NCBI RefSeq assembly: GCF_009914755.1
Contig: NC_060925.1
Source of the DNA: the human T2T-CHM13v2.0 reference genome, Homo sapiens
Strand: one strand, 5' to 3'
DNA length: 64,000 nt
The position numbers and the translations under genes are program-made. Positions 31,301-47,269 of this stretch are shown here, piece by piece. The notes under the pieces are model-generated. The model was not told where the DNA came from. It was given only the letters and a program-made list of their open reading frames with translations, and ran no database searches. Within the stretch, counting starts at the first letter, position 1, and every line of letters starts with the position of its first letter.

Positions 31301-34225
31301 AAGCCGCCTCCCCCACTGCAAGTTTTCCTGCCTTTGCTTCAAGTTGTCCCGCCTTTCCAGACCGAACCAAGGTACTTCTTACATACATTGATTGATGTCT
31401 CATGTCTCCCTAGAATGTACAAAACCAAGCTGTGCCCCAAACACCTTGGTCACATGTCATAAAGACTTCCTGAGGCTATGCCAGGGGCATGTGTCCTCAA
31501 CCTTGGCAAAATAAACTTTCTAAATTTACTGAGACCTGTCTCAAATTTTCGGAGTTCACAGTGGGCAAGACTAGATTTACTTTTGTGTTGAGCAGATACT
31601 GAGCTTGACTGATAAGAATCTGGAGTGTGAGGTCTCACGGAGTAACTCTGATAGAGGAAGCTACCTGTGTGGTCTCAGGGAGAAGATCTGAGACTTACCA
31701 AGAAAAAGTGACCTGAAAGAACTGGCTGACTTCAGGCCCTTGACCAGTGCCTAGACCCTCTTTCTGCAGCTCCAGATCATAGCCATCATGCTGGCAGCCT
31801 CCCTGCCGCTCATCCAGGCACCTTAAAGAAGGGCTTCCTCTTCCCAAGCCTCTGGGTGGGCTTTCTAAAGCCCTGTGTGCATGAAGAGGTGGCTTGTAGC
31901 CCTTTGCAGCAGCAGGGCTTACATGAGGCTGGGATATGAAAAGCTGGCATTACAATGCAGCTTGTGCCTTGCATTCACTCCCCACTTCATCAAGCCAAGT
32001 TTCTAAATAACAGGGATAGTAACTGCCCACTGTGGCCCAATGTCACTTCTAAAGTTGCTTGGCAAAAAGCCACATGACTATTACTTAGCTCTCCACAGAA
32101 CGGCATGTACCAAGTCGGATCACTGCTGTCGGTGTGTGGGTGGATTAGCTGCTATTGAACATGATAGGGCGGGCCCCTTTCCAGTTTGCACCAGCCCCGC
32201 TCTGTGCCTACTCCATGTATCATAGAGCCTCCTCTCTCTGTGCAGTTGAACTTGATCAGATGAGATGGCAAAAGCCAGAGCAGGGAGCAAGGCAAAAGAG
32301 AAAAATATGTTCACGGTGACTTTTGAAAACATATGGATGAAACTCCTGAGGAGGCTGAGGAACTAAACCTTTTCTTTTGGCAGTAGGCACAGAGTGCAGA
32401 TTCATCTCTCTGTAATTACTCTAGCTCCTGCTGTGTGAGTTCTATTTTAGCCCAGTAATGCAAAAAGAAAGAAAAACTAAGTTCTGACAAGCACTTACAT
32501 TTCTTGAATTTTTGTTGAAGGTCCCAGAGGTCATTGTAAGCAGCCTGAACAGGTAGTTAGGGCTCCTGGATTCTAGTCTCAGCTTGGCTACTAATTTACC
32601 GTGTGACGTTAGGCAAATTACTATTCTGAGCTTTAGTCATCTTATCTTTAAAATGAAGGGTTTATTCTTTAGAGGAAGCTGAGTGAATGGCATATGGGAA
32701 CACTCTGTACTATTTTTATAACTTTGCTATAAGTCTAAAATTATTTTTAAATAAATGGTTTTCTTAAAAAGTGAAAGGATTATGTAGATTATCTTCAAGA
32801 TCCTCTCTACCTCTGAATAATGATTTTATGTTCTTACTTATCTTCCTTCAGGTGAAAGTAAGTCTCTTTCCAGCTATCCAAACATATAACAGAGTGGAAT
32901 TTTTCCTCACTCCTTCTGCCCCAGGCAAGATGTTGATCAGCCCCAACACAAACCTGTTTTCTGCTTTAAACATATCCTATACCTAGGGCAAAATTTAAAT
33001 TATCTAAAACACATTTAAAAACACCCCATCCATACCCACTTTGTTCTTTCAAACAAGTAAATTCACCCAGCAGGGAAAAGCTGTTGCTGGCAGTCCATGC
33101 TTACAGAATCTCAGCCTTGCCCTAGCAACGAGGCTAATTATAACTCCGGCTACCTGGTAACCGCACTAGATTTCCCTGCATTGGCTGGCAGTTCTAAAGC
33201 CATCTCAGCTCTGCCTGCCACCTCCCATCCTGAGAAGCTGTCAGAGAAGCTGAGAAACTATGAGTCTCTTTTAAGCAACTATCTAAGCTGTGGTGAGAAC
33301 ACCCATGTATCATAGAGCTTCCTTTCTCTGCGCCCAGAGAAAGGCTGCCCAGAATCACGGGACTTCAGAACTGGGAGGGATGTGTGCGTCAATCCTGGTC
33401 CAGCCCACTCATTTAAACACAAAGAACCAGAAGCCCAGAAAAAGTGACTTGCCTTAGCCTGGCCTTCCTCTTGATTCCTTTCCCTCAATTCTCCCATCCT
33501 GATCAATCATCAAGTCCTACAAATATTTTACCTCTTAAATATTTTAAAGATGAGTTGCCTCCCCTCTATTCCTACTGCCACAGCCCTCATTCGGGCCTTC
33601 ATCTTCTTTGGCTTGGCAAGTCTGTTCTCACTCACTTCCTGCCTTGACTCTCTTGAATCCACCTTTCCCATGCATCAGAGGGATCTAGCAGGTTCCCTGC
33701 AGCTTAAAGCCCATCAGTGGTGCCTTGTCTTCCTCAGGATAAAGTCTACAATCTTTAAAATGGCACAAAAGACTGTGTCCGTCATATCAGTCTCATTCTT
33801 CGCCTAGTACTTAAATCCACCAACACTAAACCACTTCTAATTCTGTGCAAGCACCCTATGGTTTCTTGCCTCAAGGCTTTTGCTTGTGACAAAAACTCTG
33901 TCCTTCCACTTCATCATCCATTGACTGATTAGTGCTTATTCCCCTTTGAAGACGAAGTTCAGGGGTCATCACGAATAATCCTTTGCAGATTTTCTTTCCA
34001 TCCACTCTATTCATTTGGGATAGAAGTGCCCCCTTTGAGTTTCCTTACACTTTGTACACAGCTCTGTTACTGCCTTTTACTATACTCTAGCACCTGTGGT
34101 TTGCTCATCTTTGAAGTCCCAACTTCTAGTACTTGGAACATAGCAGGTACCTAATTAATGTTTATTAATGAATGAATGGATAAGTCCAAAGCTTTCCATG
34201 ATTTCTCCCCTGCAGCCTCATCTTA

Positions 34226-35014
<789 letters not shown>

Positions 35015-35644
35015 TCAATGCAAACTTCAAACACTTGGCAAGGCCTTTCCTGGTGGATTTTATTGCACTATAGCATAATCTGTCCATACCTCTATGGTAG
35101 CCCTTATTATACCATTTTTATTTATTTGTTGATGTCTTCTCCACCAGAATCTAGCACAGTAGCTGGCATATAGTAGATAATCAATAGACATTCGACTGAA
35201 TATACCAATGCATATGTGCAAATATGAGCAAAAAAATGACTAAAATGATATTGCAAACAAGGGAAACATTTGAGACAGAAATTTAGAATGTCTATTTTTT
35301 TCAAGTGTAACATGCTACTTCTATCAGTGCATAAACCTGAATGTACATACACTATAGAAAGAAGTGGCCTTGTAATAAGTTCATGCAGAAGTATAAATTA
35401 TGTAGACATTGTTAGGGGGATAACTGAAAGTGGATTAGAATTAAATTAGGGCCCAGAATTTAGTCTGGGATTTGTTTTCCAGTGGTTGAAAGAAAAATTC
35501 CTAAGTATTCAAAGGGAAGAAGCATTTCTCAACAGGCAAGTATTATGAATTCTAATTAAAAGCTCTGAAAAAATGAGATAAGTTGTGTTAAGGAAAAGCA
35601 GAAAACAGAGTTGCCTTTGGTTAAGAGTTCCACTATTTTTATAA

Positions 35645-36712
<1,068 letters not shown>

Positions 36713-39700
36713 TTAAAAAAATATTTAACCAAAATCATAAATATTGGTTACAAATATTTAATGGATGGATTCCCTCTATTTCTGCCAACTTTCATTCCCT
36801 GAAAGAAGAAATAGGTAAGCATGACCTCACGAACCTCAGAAGGCTGAGAATGGGGAATTGGCACACACAGTGTGCGTAGACACAGACACACATGGACCAT
36901 GTTCATACTAGGCTTCCAGAGAACCATTTAAAAATAGTTTGGCTAATGTAATCTTGTCTGTCTCTTATGTTCCTCCTTTCCCATCATCCACATTTCTTAA
37001 AGTTCGTGTAAGTAAAACATAGGAGAAAAAAACATAGCCACTAATTAAATAAGGCATCCAACTGTAAAAGAAGAGCAAACTCTGCTACATATAAGAAGAC
37101 AAGCATTAATTCTGGCAACAGCAGCCACACAGCCACTTTAGACAATAACCTGAGCAGGTGCATGCTTTCTAGTATGTGTCTCCAGCTATGCAGGATAGAA
37201 ATCACAATCCTTTCTATTTATCTAACGTCTAATACACTAAAACATGTTTACCCATGGGGGAGGAGAGCACGACAGGAATTGATGACTCTAATTTAGGAAA
37301 CTAAGGTTCACAGAAGTTAAGTGACTTGCCCAAGATCATGTAGCTAGAAACGGCAGGTTAAGAATTCAGGTTTCCTTAGAGTTCAAAACTTTTATCACAA
37401 CATTTTTGATAACCCCCCAAGATACTCATCCTTCTCTAATAGCCTTCCTTTGGTTCAAGTCCAGCTTCCTAAATCCTACCGCCTGATGGAGTTCCTGAGC
37501 TTCCTTGTAAGTCTGCAGGTATATTGTTCCTCATCATGTTGCCCAAAGCCTAAAGAAATCAGGCTAGGACCAAAGAAAATCAGTCAATGAGCCAAAAAGA
37601 AATTTAATCAACCCAGCCTTTCTTATTTATTTTCTTTGAATGAACATTTGTATCTGAGAATGCCAAGGTAAATTTGATGCAATAGGGACACTTGGATTAT
37701 ATTATGTTATTTACACACAAGCAAACAACAATTGAGAATTGAGACAAATAGGACAAATGGTCCCAAGTCCACTATTGAGGAAAAAGAAACTGATTTGGAA
37801 TAAAAAATAGTCCAGCATGAATGTGTCAGTAATTAAGACTTATCCGGATAAGTTTGCCGTCTCTCAATTTGTCACAATAATGGCAAATATTTATTGAGAG
37901 CTTACTATGTGATAGGCATTATGCTGAGTTCAGCTAATTGACTCATTTCATCCTCCTCTAGACCCTGTAAGATAGGTGTTATTACTGCCCTTGCTTTAGC
38001 TCAGAGAAATTATGGTATTTTTCCCAACACAAATAGTAAGTAGAAAAATCAAGATTTCACCCCAGGTCTCGCCAATTTATAGCTCTTAGCCGTTATGCCC
38101 AGCAATAACAGAATAGTAAAAACAATGACAATTTGGTAGGCAAGTAAAATCAGTAGGCTGTTTACCATAGCTATAGAAGTATGCTATGCATAAACCTCAA
38201 AGATTGCGCAGGAAAAGTATCATCCAATCTCAAAGATGAGAAAACCAAAGAAGTTTCAATCTCAAAGAAGTCAGGCAGCTTAAGGGTCATAAAACAACGC
38301 AACACAACTCTCTCAACTCATATCTAAGGGCTAAGTCCACTTTAACCTTCCAATATCATTACATCATATTTAAACATTGACTCTATCTGGTCAAGGACGA
38401 CAACATTTTATTTCTCCTGACCCTTTTGCTATCAGATCTGGCCTTGTCAGTTTTTCAATTTCATTCTTAGAATGGAAACTTAATTCACACAAGTTGAACA
38501 AGTAGTCATCAGGGGGCAAAACCCAGTGGATGATGGTTTTGTGTGCTGTTTGGAGACTGGGTGTTTACCACACAGCAGTGGATTTCATAAATTCCAGGGT
38601 CAGACAAGATTCCAGTAGCGACACACTTGACTAATATGAGAAAATGCAGGATTAGGCAATCAACAATGAGGAAGTCAGCCAAGTTGCCACCCAAAAATTA
38701 CTTACCACAGCAGCTGCAGTCCAGAAATGCTAACAAGCCAGTCTCCCTAGGAGTGGGCCATACTCAGCTGTGGACCACTCACAACATTTTCTCACTTTAT
38801 TTTGCTTCAGAGTCAGTGTACTGCAATGATTTCTCCTTTGCTTGCTTTATATGTTTAAAATTGTCTTCCCTAAAAGCTGAACTTAAAATTAATGTTTGCT
38901 ACCAAAAGGGGGTAGCAGTGCCTGGTCATGTAGGCATATGTCCCACTCTGTCGGTACAGAGGGTAAGCAGCCTCTTCCTTTTTAAAAAATTATGATGATT
39001 TACAAAAATTGAAGCTTACAGGATAAACACTCAACAAAAAAGTAGCCAGTCTCAAGAAACCAATTTTTATGTATGAATTAATATTATTTTATTAATCCAT
39101 GGCCAGGATGATTCTTAAGATTATTTCTTAATTCTCTGAACAGCTTAAAAGAGAGAAACTCCTTCTTTTTTATTTACTTGCTTTGAGGTTGATACTCTTA
39201 GGTTTTTAACATAACTCTCTAGCTTTGACAACTCCTCTTATAATTTAAAATCCTTATAGCTTCCATTTACAAGTAAGGATTATATCTATTTTAGTCTCCT
39301 CAATCAGCTACCTAGGAGAAGACTTGCCACTTGGAAAGAGAAAGATAGCACCCACTCTCCAGTTCTCTTCTCCCAAAGTTGCCCGTATTTCCCTTCCCTG
39401 AAGCCAATCAAATACTTTATTGTTTCTCGCTAAGAGTAATTTTTCACTCTTAAGTACAAACAGCTCAACAAAAATTCCCGGTAGCATAAATATGCACATC
39501 AATAAAATAATTACTACTCACAATAGACTTTCCATTACATATGTTTCACAAGCATTGGTTTTCTTAAAAAGAACCACGCATACAGCACTCAAATTATTGC
39601 AGATTCTAACTCAGTAGAGTTTGATTTAATGTTTTTACAATATTTTTTTTAAAGAAGTGTCCTTCCAACGCTAAAGAAAAAAATCAGAATCAAGAAAATT

Positions 39701-40228
39701 CTGTTTCTTAGCAACAGAAAAATCAAACTTCTGTTACTAAGTTTGGTAACAGAACAGTACTCTAAATTATCCTCTGAACCACCTGATTTACCATGTGATG
39801 CTGGGCACATTGCTGCTAATTAATCTTCCTAATCTCGTGGGATCACAATATGAATAACAAGAATGAACATAAGACACATCTGTGGGAATTATGAGGGGGA
39901 GATTATAAAGAGTCAAACCTTGTCCCCATATTTAAATTTTATAACTATAACTACTAGTAGAAATATAACTACTACCCTCTCATATATATGTGATGTTATT
40001 AAGTTTATAAAGTGTTTTGATATGTTTCTTATTTCATCTTCATGGCTGCTATTTATTCATAGAAAAATAATTCTCAGTATCTGTAGCATTATTGTTAATG
40101 TCAATCCTATAGAGGCTGGAACAGGCTCAGAGAGGCTAAGTAACTTGCCTAACTAAGTCTCCTTGTTGACAATAGGTCTTAATGCAGTGTTTTCCGAATC
40201 CCTCGTTCTTACATCAAAACAGAACTGT

Positions 40229-40594
<366 letters not shown>

Positions 40595-41165
40595 CTAGTT
40601 CCTATCAATCACTCATCATGACATAGTGTGGTAAACTAATTTCAACTCTGAATGATTGATAATGGCTTTATGTGTTCTGTTTCCCAAGTAATAAGAACAT
40701 TTTAGCACAAGCCTTTAGCGCTTTTCAAATAATCATAGCCAAATGAGAAAATTAATATGACAGGCAGATTGAACAAACATTTGGTGAGAAGGAAGAGGAG
40801 GGGATACAGTAGTTTGAGATCCCTCAAATCATATGATGCAGTAGCTGCCTGACAACTCTGCTAACACGTAAGACTAGATAGAGACAGGGCCATATCTACT
40901 TCCTGTATGGGACCCATGGCAATACTAGAGTCTAGCAAAAGGGTTGTCCTCTCTGCATGTGACAACAGGCTGTGTTCCACTCCCCCCACATACACCTTGT
41001 GCAGCTCCTATAATCTCATTTATCACACTTCTCCAGGTGAGAAATGGTGCCTTCTCACACCCCACCCAAAGTTGTTTCCTAAAGATCTTTCGCTAGGGCA
41101 GAGCAGAGAGTGAGACCAAATGATTCAGACAGCCATCTGATTCAGCTTTAAAAAAAAAAAAATCC

Positions 41166-41458
41166 TGGTGGGGCGCAGTGGCTCACGCCTGTAATCCCAG
41201 TACTTTGGGAGGCTGAGGCGGGTGGATCGCCTGAGGTCAGGAGTTTGAGACCAGCCTGGCCAACATGGTAAAACCCCGCCTCTATTAAAAATACAAAAAT
41301 TAGCCAGGTGTGGTAGCAGGCGTCTGTAGTCCCAGCTACTCCAGAGAATCGCTTGAACCCAGGAGGCGGAGGTTGCAGTGAGCTGAGATCGTGCCACTGC
41401 ACTCTAGCCTGGGCGACAGAGTGAGACTCTGTCTCAGAACAACAACAACAACAACAAA
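41166..41458 (+). mobile_element. AluS
   Basis: Dimer with (AAC)n tail and a small right-arm deletion. Confidence 0.9.
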
Positions 41459-42566
41459 ATCCTTTCCCTCAAATTACCTAAGAAATTGTCCTTTCCTTCT
41501 TTGCCCTGAAGACAGTTAATGGGGAAAGTTCCTCCCTCTGCACAGTGAATACATCCATCCACTATTCCTACCCTAACCCTAAGGCAAAACCTCCCACTCA
41601 TCCTCCGTCTCTCGCCATCTCTCTGTTACCAACCCTCACTTGGCAATATCCTTCTTGACACGTGGCAGCTCCAATGAGGCACACTCATTACATAGCCACG
41701 TAAAAGATAAAAGGTGAATCTGGACCAACTTCTGGAAAATTTGGACTTAAAACATGGAAATGCAGGAGAGACAGGAAATAGAGTTAAATCCCCCAGATTT
41801 AGCTATACACATTAATTGAATTAACTAAATAATCATTTGGGTCTCATAGACACCAGCTATTTCCCTGATCCAAGATGTTATCTAGCAGCCTGTATCGCTT
41901 CCCAGTCATCCATCCTCTTGACAGGACAGAGCACACATAGAAAATGGTATTTGTATAGTCCTCTGGGGTAAACAGTTGGAGAGTTAGAATCTCTGATAAG
42001 GTCAGAGGCAACCAGTCCCCGGTCACTTGGGCCACTTCAGGTCCTGCTTGTCCAGACACAGAGAGGGCTGAGGAAACCAATATTGTGGTGACCAGCTACG
42101 AGGCTTAATCCTCATAACCCATAGCCCAATGTCCTCTTATCAAGGTGCTGTCCTATCTCACCCACAGCTCAGCCAATCCAGTAGGTCTTCCTTCCCCACC
42201 CTGATCACTGACCCATCAATCAAGATAGCCCTCTCATCCAAGGAAGAGGCCATTTCCCCTCCCACTCCACCCAGGCCAACTGCTATCCCACAGGTTACTC
42301 TCTTCTTCATTTTAAGGCAAGCTATTCCAAAGACTAAAAATGCCTAAGATTCTGTCCTAAAAGCTTATCTGCATAGTCATCTTCAAAAGCAAACATGAAT
42401 TTCTCAAGGAACGGAAACACCCTTAGCCCCTGCCCTTTTCTCCATAGCATCATTCTCTGCCCCACCAAGCCGGAGCTAGGAGGGCACTTTCTCTAGGAGA
42501 GGTATGACCTGGAGATGATCTGCTTCAGAGCCACCTCAGGGATCTTGCTTAAAAATGCATATTTTC

Positions 42567-43162
42567 CCAGGCAAAGTGGCTCATGCCTATAATACCAACA
42601 ACAGTGGAGGCTGAGGTGGGAGGATCTAAAGGCCAGGAGTTTGAGACCAGCCTGGACAACATAGTGCCACCCCTTTGGTACGAATTTTTTTTTTTTTTTT
42701 TGAGACAGACTCTTGCTCTGTCACCTAGGCTGGAGTGTAGCGGCACAATCCCGTCTCACCGCAACCTCCGCCTCCTGGGTTCAAGCAATTCTCCTGCCTC
42801 AGCCTCCCAAGTAGCTTGGACTACAGGCATATGCCACCACACCCGCTAATTTTTGTACTTTTTAAGTAGAGATGGAGTTTCACCATGTTGGCCAGGCTGG
42901 TCTCGATCTCCTGACCTCAAGCCTTCTGTCTTCCTTGGCTTCCCAAAGTGCTGGGATTACAGGCATGAGCCACTGTGCCCTGCCAATTTTTTTTGTTTTT
43001 AATTATCTGGGCCTGGTGTCCTGTGCCTGTGGTCCCAGCTGCTCAGGAGGCTGAGCCAGAAGGCATCACTTGAGCCCAAGAGTTGGTGGCTGCAGTGCTA
43101 TGATGGTGACACTGCACTCCAGCCTGAGCAAAGGGCAAGACCTGTTTCTAAAATAAATAAAT
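42567..43162 (+). mobile_element. AluJ (42567-42680 + ~43000-43162) interrupted by an antisense AluS (42684-42983), inside a MER5-like remnant
   Basis: Left and right J arms flank a complete antisense Alu; AAAAATGCA.AT.T.C on both outer flanks (42551, 43166). Confidence 0.8.
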
Positions 43163-43419
43163 TTTAAAAATGCAAATATCCACCCCAGCCCCACCCTCTC
43201 CCCCCACCTTCCCCCACATTACTACATCGGAATCCCTAGGGTGAGGCATGGAATCTACATTTTAAACCAGCTCCCAAGGTGATTGTTCCGCACAGTTCCA
43301 CGTCAGTGTTTGAGAGCGGCTCTGATTTATTCCAGTCCTCTTTCTTTACAGAGAAGGAAAGCAGAAAGCAGGCACCAGAGAGGTGAAATGAGCTTGTCCA
43401 AGGTCACAGGTTGTTAAGG

Positions 43420-44200
43420 TGACCAGAGCTGGACGAAACCCCACCTCTCTCGCTGACTAGCACAGCGCCAGCTAGGAAGAGCCTAGAATAGCGACCAACT
43501 GGCAGGCCAAACCGTCCCCTGCCCCTGCCCCTGCCTCGGAGAAGCGGGCCCCTGCACTCACCCGCTTGTAGATGTCCTCCCGGCTGGCCTCATACTTCTG
43601 TTGCATGCGCTCCTCCAGGAAGTAGATGAGCAGCTTGAGGCTGAAGTTCTCCTTCTTCAGGTCATTGAGGTGCTGGGACAGAGTGCGATATCCATTAGAC
43701 ATGATGGGCAACCCATGGGGAGGAGCGTGCCCGATTGCCCCCTCAACCCAGGAACATGGTGCAGCTGCACCGCAGCATGAAGCCAGCCGGCTGGGACGCT
43801 GCTGAGGCTGCGGACCGAGAGGCTGGGGCTATGGCGACATGGCCCCTATTGCTGGAGCTCTCTCCGGGACTCGGGACTGGGCTCACTGCTCTGGGTGCTG
43901 GAGCGCAGCACACTTTCCTTTTTTACCTCAGGGAGATATTTGCGGAATCCCTGACAGAGGAACATGCTGCGTGAACTCAGACACAAGTGGTGTAACCCGA
44001 CTCCAAGCCAGGACTCTGCTGTCACCCTCCTGGAGCCTCCCAGGCCCAACTGTAGGCAGTTAACAGCTTCTCGGAAAAGAGAGACTGACCCCCAAGAGCT
44101 TCCAGGAAAGGGGGAGGGGAGATATTCAAGGTGACAGTGGGTTTGCAAAGAAGAGAAGGAAATAGAGGGTGGGGAGGGGGTATTTAAATGACTTGTGGCT
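43420..44200 (-). promoter_or_regulatory. GC/CpG-enriched promoter and 5' UTR region of the exon-1 isoform
   Basis: The only non-Alu CpG-dense stretch in the window; it surrounds the first coding exon. Confidence 0.6.
43562..43702 (-). CDS. PDE4DIP: PDE4DIP-like first coding exon, 47 codons, CM1/gamma-TuNA core
   Basis: ATG at 43702-43700 in CATCATGT context. Translation MSNGYRTLSQHLNDLKKENFSLKLLIYFLEERMQQKYEASREDIYKR. Donor CGG|GTGAGT, phase 0. Internal acceptor TGTCCCAG|CAC at 43672 is usable by upstream-promoter isoforms. Confidence 0.93.
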
Positions 44201-45816
44201 GATTTGGACTATAAGACCAAAAGGAGTGTGGCCAGAAGCAAGAAATAAGGTTGCTATAGAAAAGACCATGTACATAAAATGGCCCACAAAGGTAACCGCA
44301 TGTCAAATATCCCCTTTCTGTCCAGTGCAAATCTTAAAGAGCTTCTAACCAGAGGAGTCTCAATTGCCTTTGATAATCCAGAGCTCACTTCTAATGAGTT
44401 CCTTTGCAGTTTTCAGCCCCAAGCTTTTTGAGCTCTGAGGCAGTTCAACTAATAGCCTTTATTGCCATGAGTCTTCCCCCGAAACACACCATAGCTACCC
44501 GCAAAGAAAGAGCAAATCTTCTAGCTCAGCGGAATCTTTGCAGACTCTATTTACCAGTTACAAAGCTCAGAAAGAGGCAGGGTCAAGGTATCCTCCCTCC
44601 ATGGAAGAAGGGATGGGCAGAAGAGAGTGTGGGAGGATGACAGAGAGGGAGCCGTCATCCTGGAGCACAAAGATTTCAGGCAGTCACTGGTTCTTAACTC
44701 TGGCACCTGCCAAGTGGAGCCGGGCACTCATCACCAGATCTTGCTCCTAAAGTAATTTAAGATCCTTGAGTGACAGCTGCAACATTAGCAGGAAGTATTA
44801 TTTATACCACATTACATTGAAGGTGATGGGAGACAACCCCAGAGCACAGATAACAAACACGGGTTCTTTGTGGCAATAATATTAGGTTGAAAAAATATAT
44901 ATTAACATTCAAGATAAAGGAAACTACAAAATTTACACTTAATTCAAGCCCTCATTTCCTCCCCAACCTACCTGCTTTTCATTCTTCCAATTCCTTCTCA
45001 AACCTTCATAATCATTCCGGTCAACAACTCCTGAGTACTCACCAGGTAGGACATTGGGCATGAGGGATATATAGATCAAGAATGTCCCAACCCTCAAAGA
45101 GCTACGTGGCCATACAGCTGGCCATGATATGTTAAGATATGTGTTTTACATTATGATCCTCCAAACCTGTGTTTTTCAACTTTTATATGTTACGTTGCCA
45201 TCTAGTACATATGCATACACTCTTAACTGAAGTAAATGTTTCAAAAAGTAATTGTCACCATCACTATGTGTGATGTCCTCTGATATTTCCTATTTCTTTT
45301 TCTGCCAGTGACCCACCCGACGGATTTCATGACCCACTAATAAGTTTCAGCCTGAGTTTAAAAAGCGTTGACTCTGGGGGAGCCCGTAAGAAAGAGTAGT
45401 CAGTTCTTACTGGGGTGATCAGAGAAAGCTTCATTAGGAGTTGAATTTGCACTTTGCCTTGAAAAATAAAAAATGTTTGAGTGGATAAAGTGGCCTCAGG
45501 AGGACATAATTAGAGTGAAGCATTCTCCCAAATAGATTTAGATTATAAATAGGCAAAATAGGCAAGCCCAAATATTTACCATTTGAAAAAAAAAAAACTA
45601 CACATTTAAAATCCATTTAACTATTTTCACTAAATCTGAATTCTTAGAATTTGAGAATGCCAACTAGGCTTAGTTAGAGACAGTGAAGAAAAAAGTCTAA
45701 GTTAAAACAACTCAAAATATCCTTTTCCATTCCCAGTTCTCTTACTAAATAGCTATGTTATAGACCATTTCTCTAGAAGCCTAACTGTCCTCACTTAAAA
45801 AATGAAATGGCTTTAA

Positions 45817-46123
<307 letters not shown>

Positions 46124-47269
46124 AAAATTAGTGATTTTTAAGGCCCTTTCCTGGTCTAAGCTCTTCAAGGTGATAACCCAGTTAATATCACCTCCATTTT
46201 GCTCAAGGGGAGCCAGGCTGCCAGAGTTTAGATAAGTGTTTAATCATGCTTTGGCTGTCTACTTAGATTCCTTTATCAGGTAAAATAATTTCATAAAAGT
46301 TTTACCGGAAGTAAAACTGTGTATGAATCCAGGGTATTCTTATGCATCCTAGATTTCTGTTGGACATTTATGCTTATTTCCTCCATGATATCTTGTTCTT
46401 CTATCTCTCTGGATCCTTTTCTGTGTTTTTTGCCAGCTCCTGAAAGTGGGTATTTAAATGATGGTAAGTCCTTAGCCTTCTACTTTTTTTTCTCTTCACA
46501 TTTTTATCCATGGAGGTTTTATCCACTTTTAGGGCTATACTTTCACCTTCGAAACAATTCCCAAATCTCCAACCGAGTCTTCTCACCCAAGATCTAGCCG
46601 TACATATTCAACTCTTGGCTTAGATCATTCAACTTGAGTGTTCCCAAATTCCACCCAAGCAAAGCCTTTCCTCTTACCCTAGCCTGGAAAGACTTCTTCC
46701 TCTTTTGAACTCTAAGGCAGATATTAACATTCAACAAGTGTTCATATGCTGCCTTATGACGTGGCTTTTGTTATCTTCAAGGGTTATTTACATCTTTTAG
46801 AGTTATGCGACTTTTTGTGTGTTTGATCTTTCCAACTAGTCTGAAGCTGCCCAAGGAAAAAGTCAATGACTAACTAATACATCTTCATAAACTCCTACAG
46901 CTTCCATAACAACCTGAGACCTCTCCAACAGCATTCATCCCATTGTGCTGTCACAGTCTGTTTACGATGACCTCAACCTGGCTAGAGTGTTTTGAGAGCT
47001 GACAAGGCATATTTTGTGTCCTTGTATTCTTGTTGCATAGTACTCAGGAAGCACTCCCTAAATATCTGTGGAATCAATGAACAGGAAAATATTCCATAAA
47101 CATTGTACGTTTTGCTTTGTTATATATGGGCTGGCTCACCTGTATTATTCTCATAGATTTCCAATAATATGAAAAAAGTTTGTTTTAATAGTCCTAAATA
47201 AACTATATTTGGTAGAACACTTATTCTAGAATACGTAGAAAAATGACGTTTTGTTCACTTACATTTCTA

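Noticed and set aside
43472-43711. 79-aa ORF as a single-exon protein
   Set aside because: It starts at a TTG and reads through a consensus donor; the supported exon CDS is 43562-43702.
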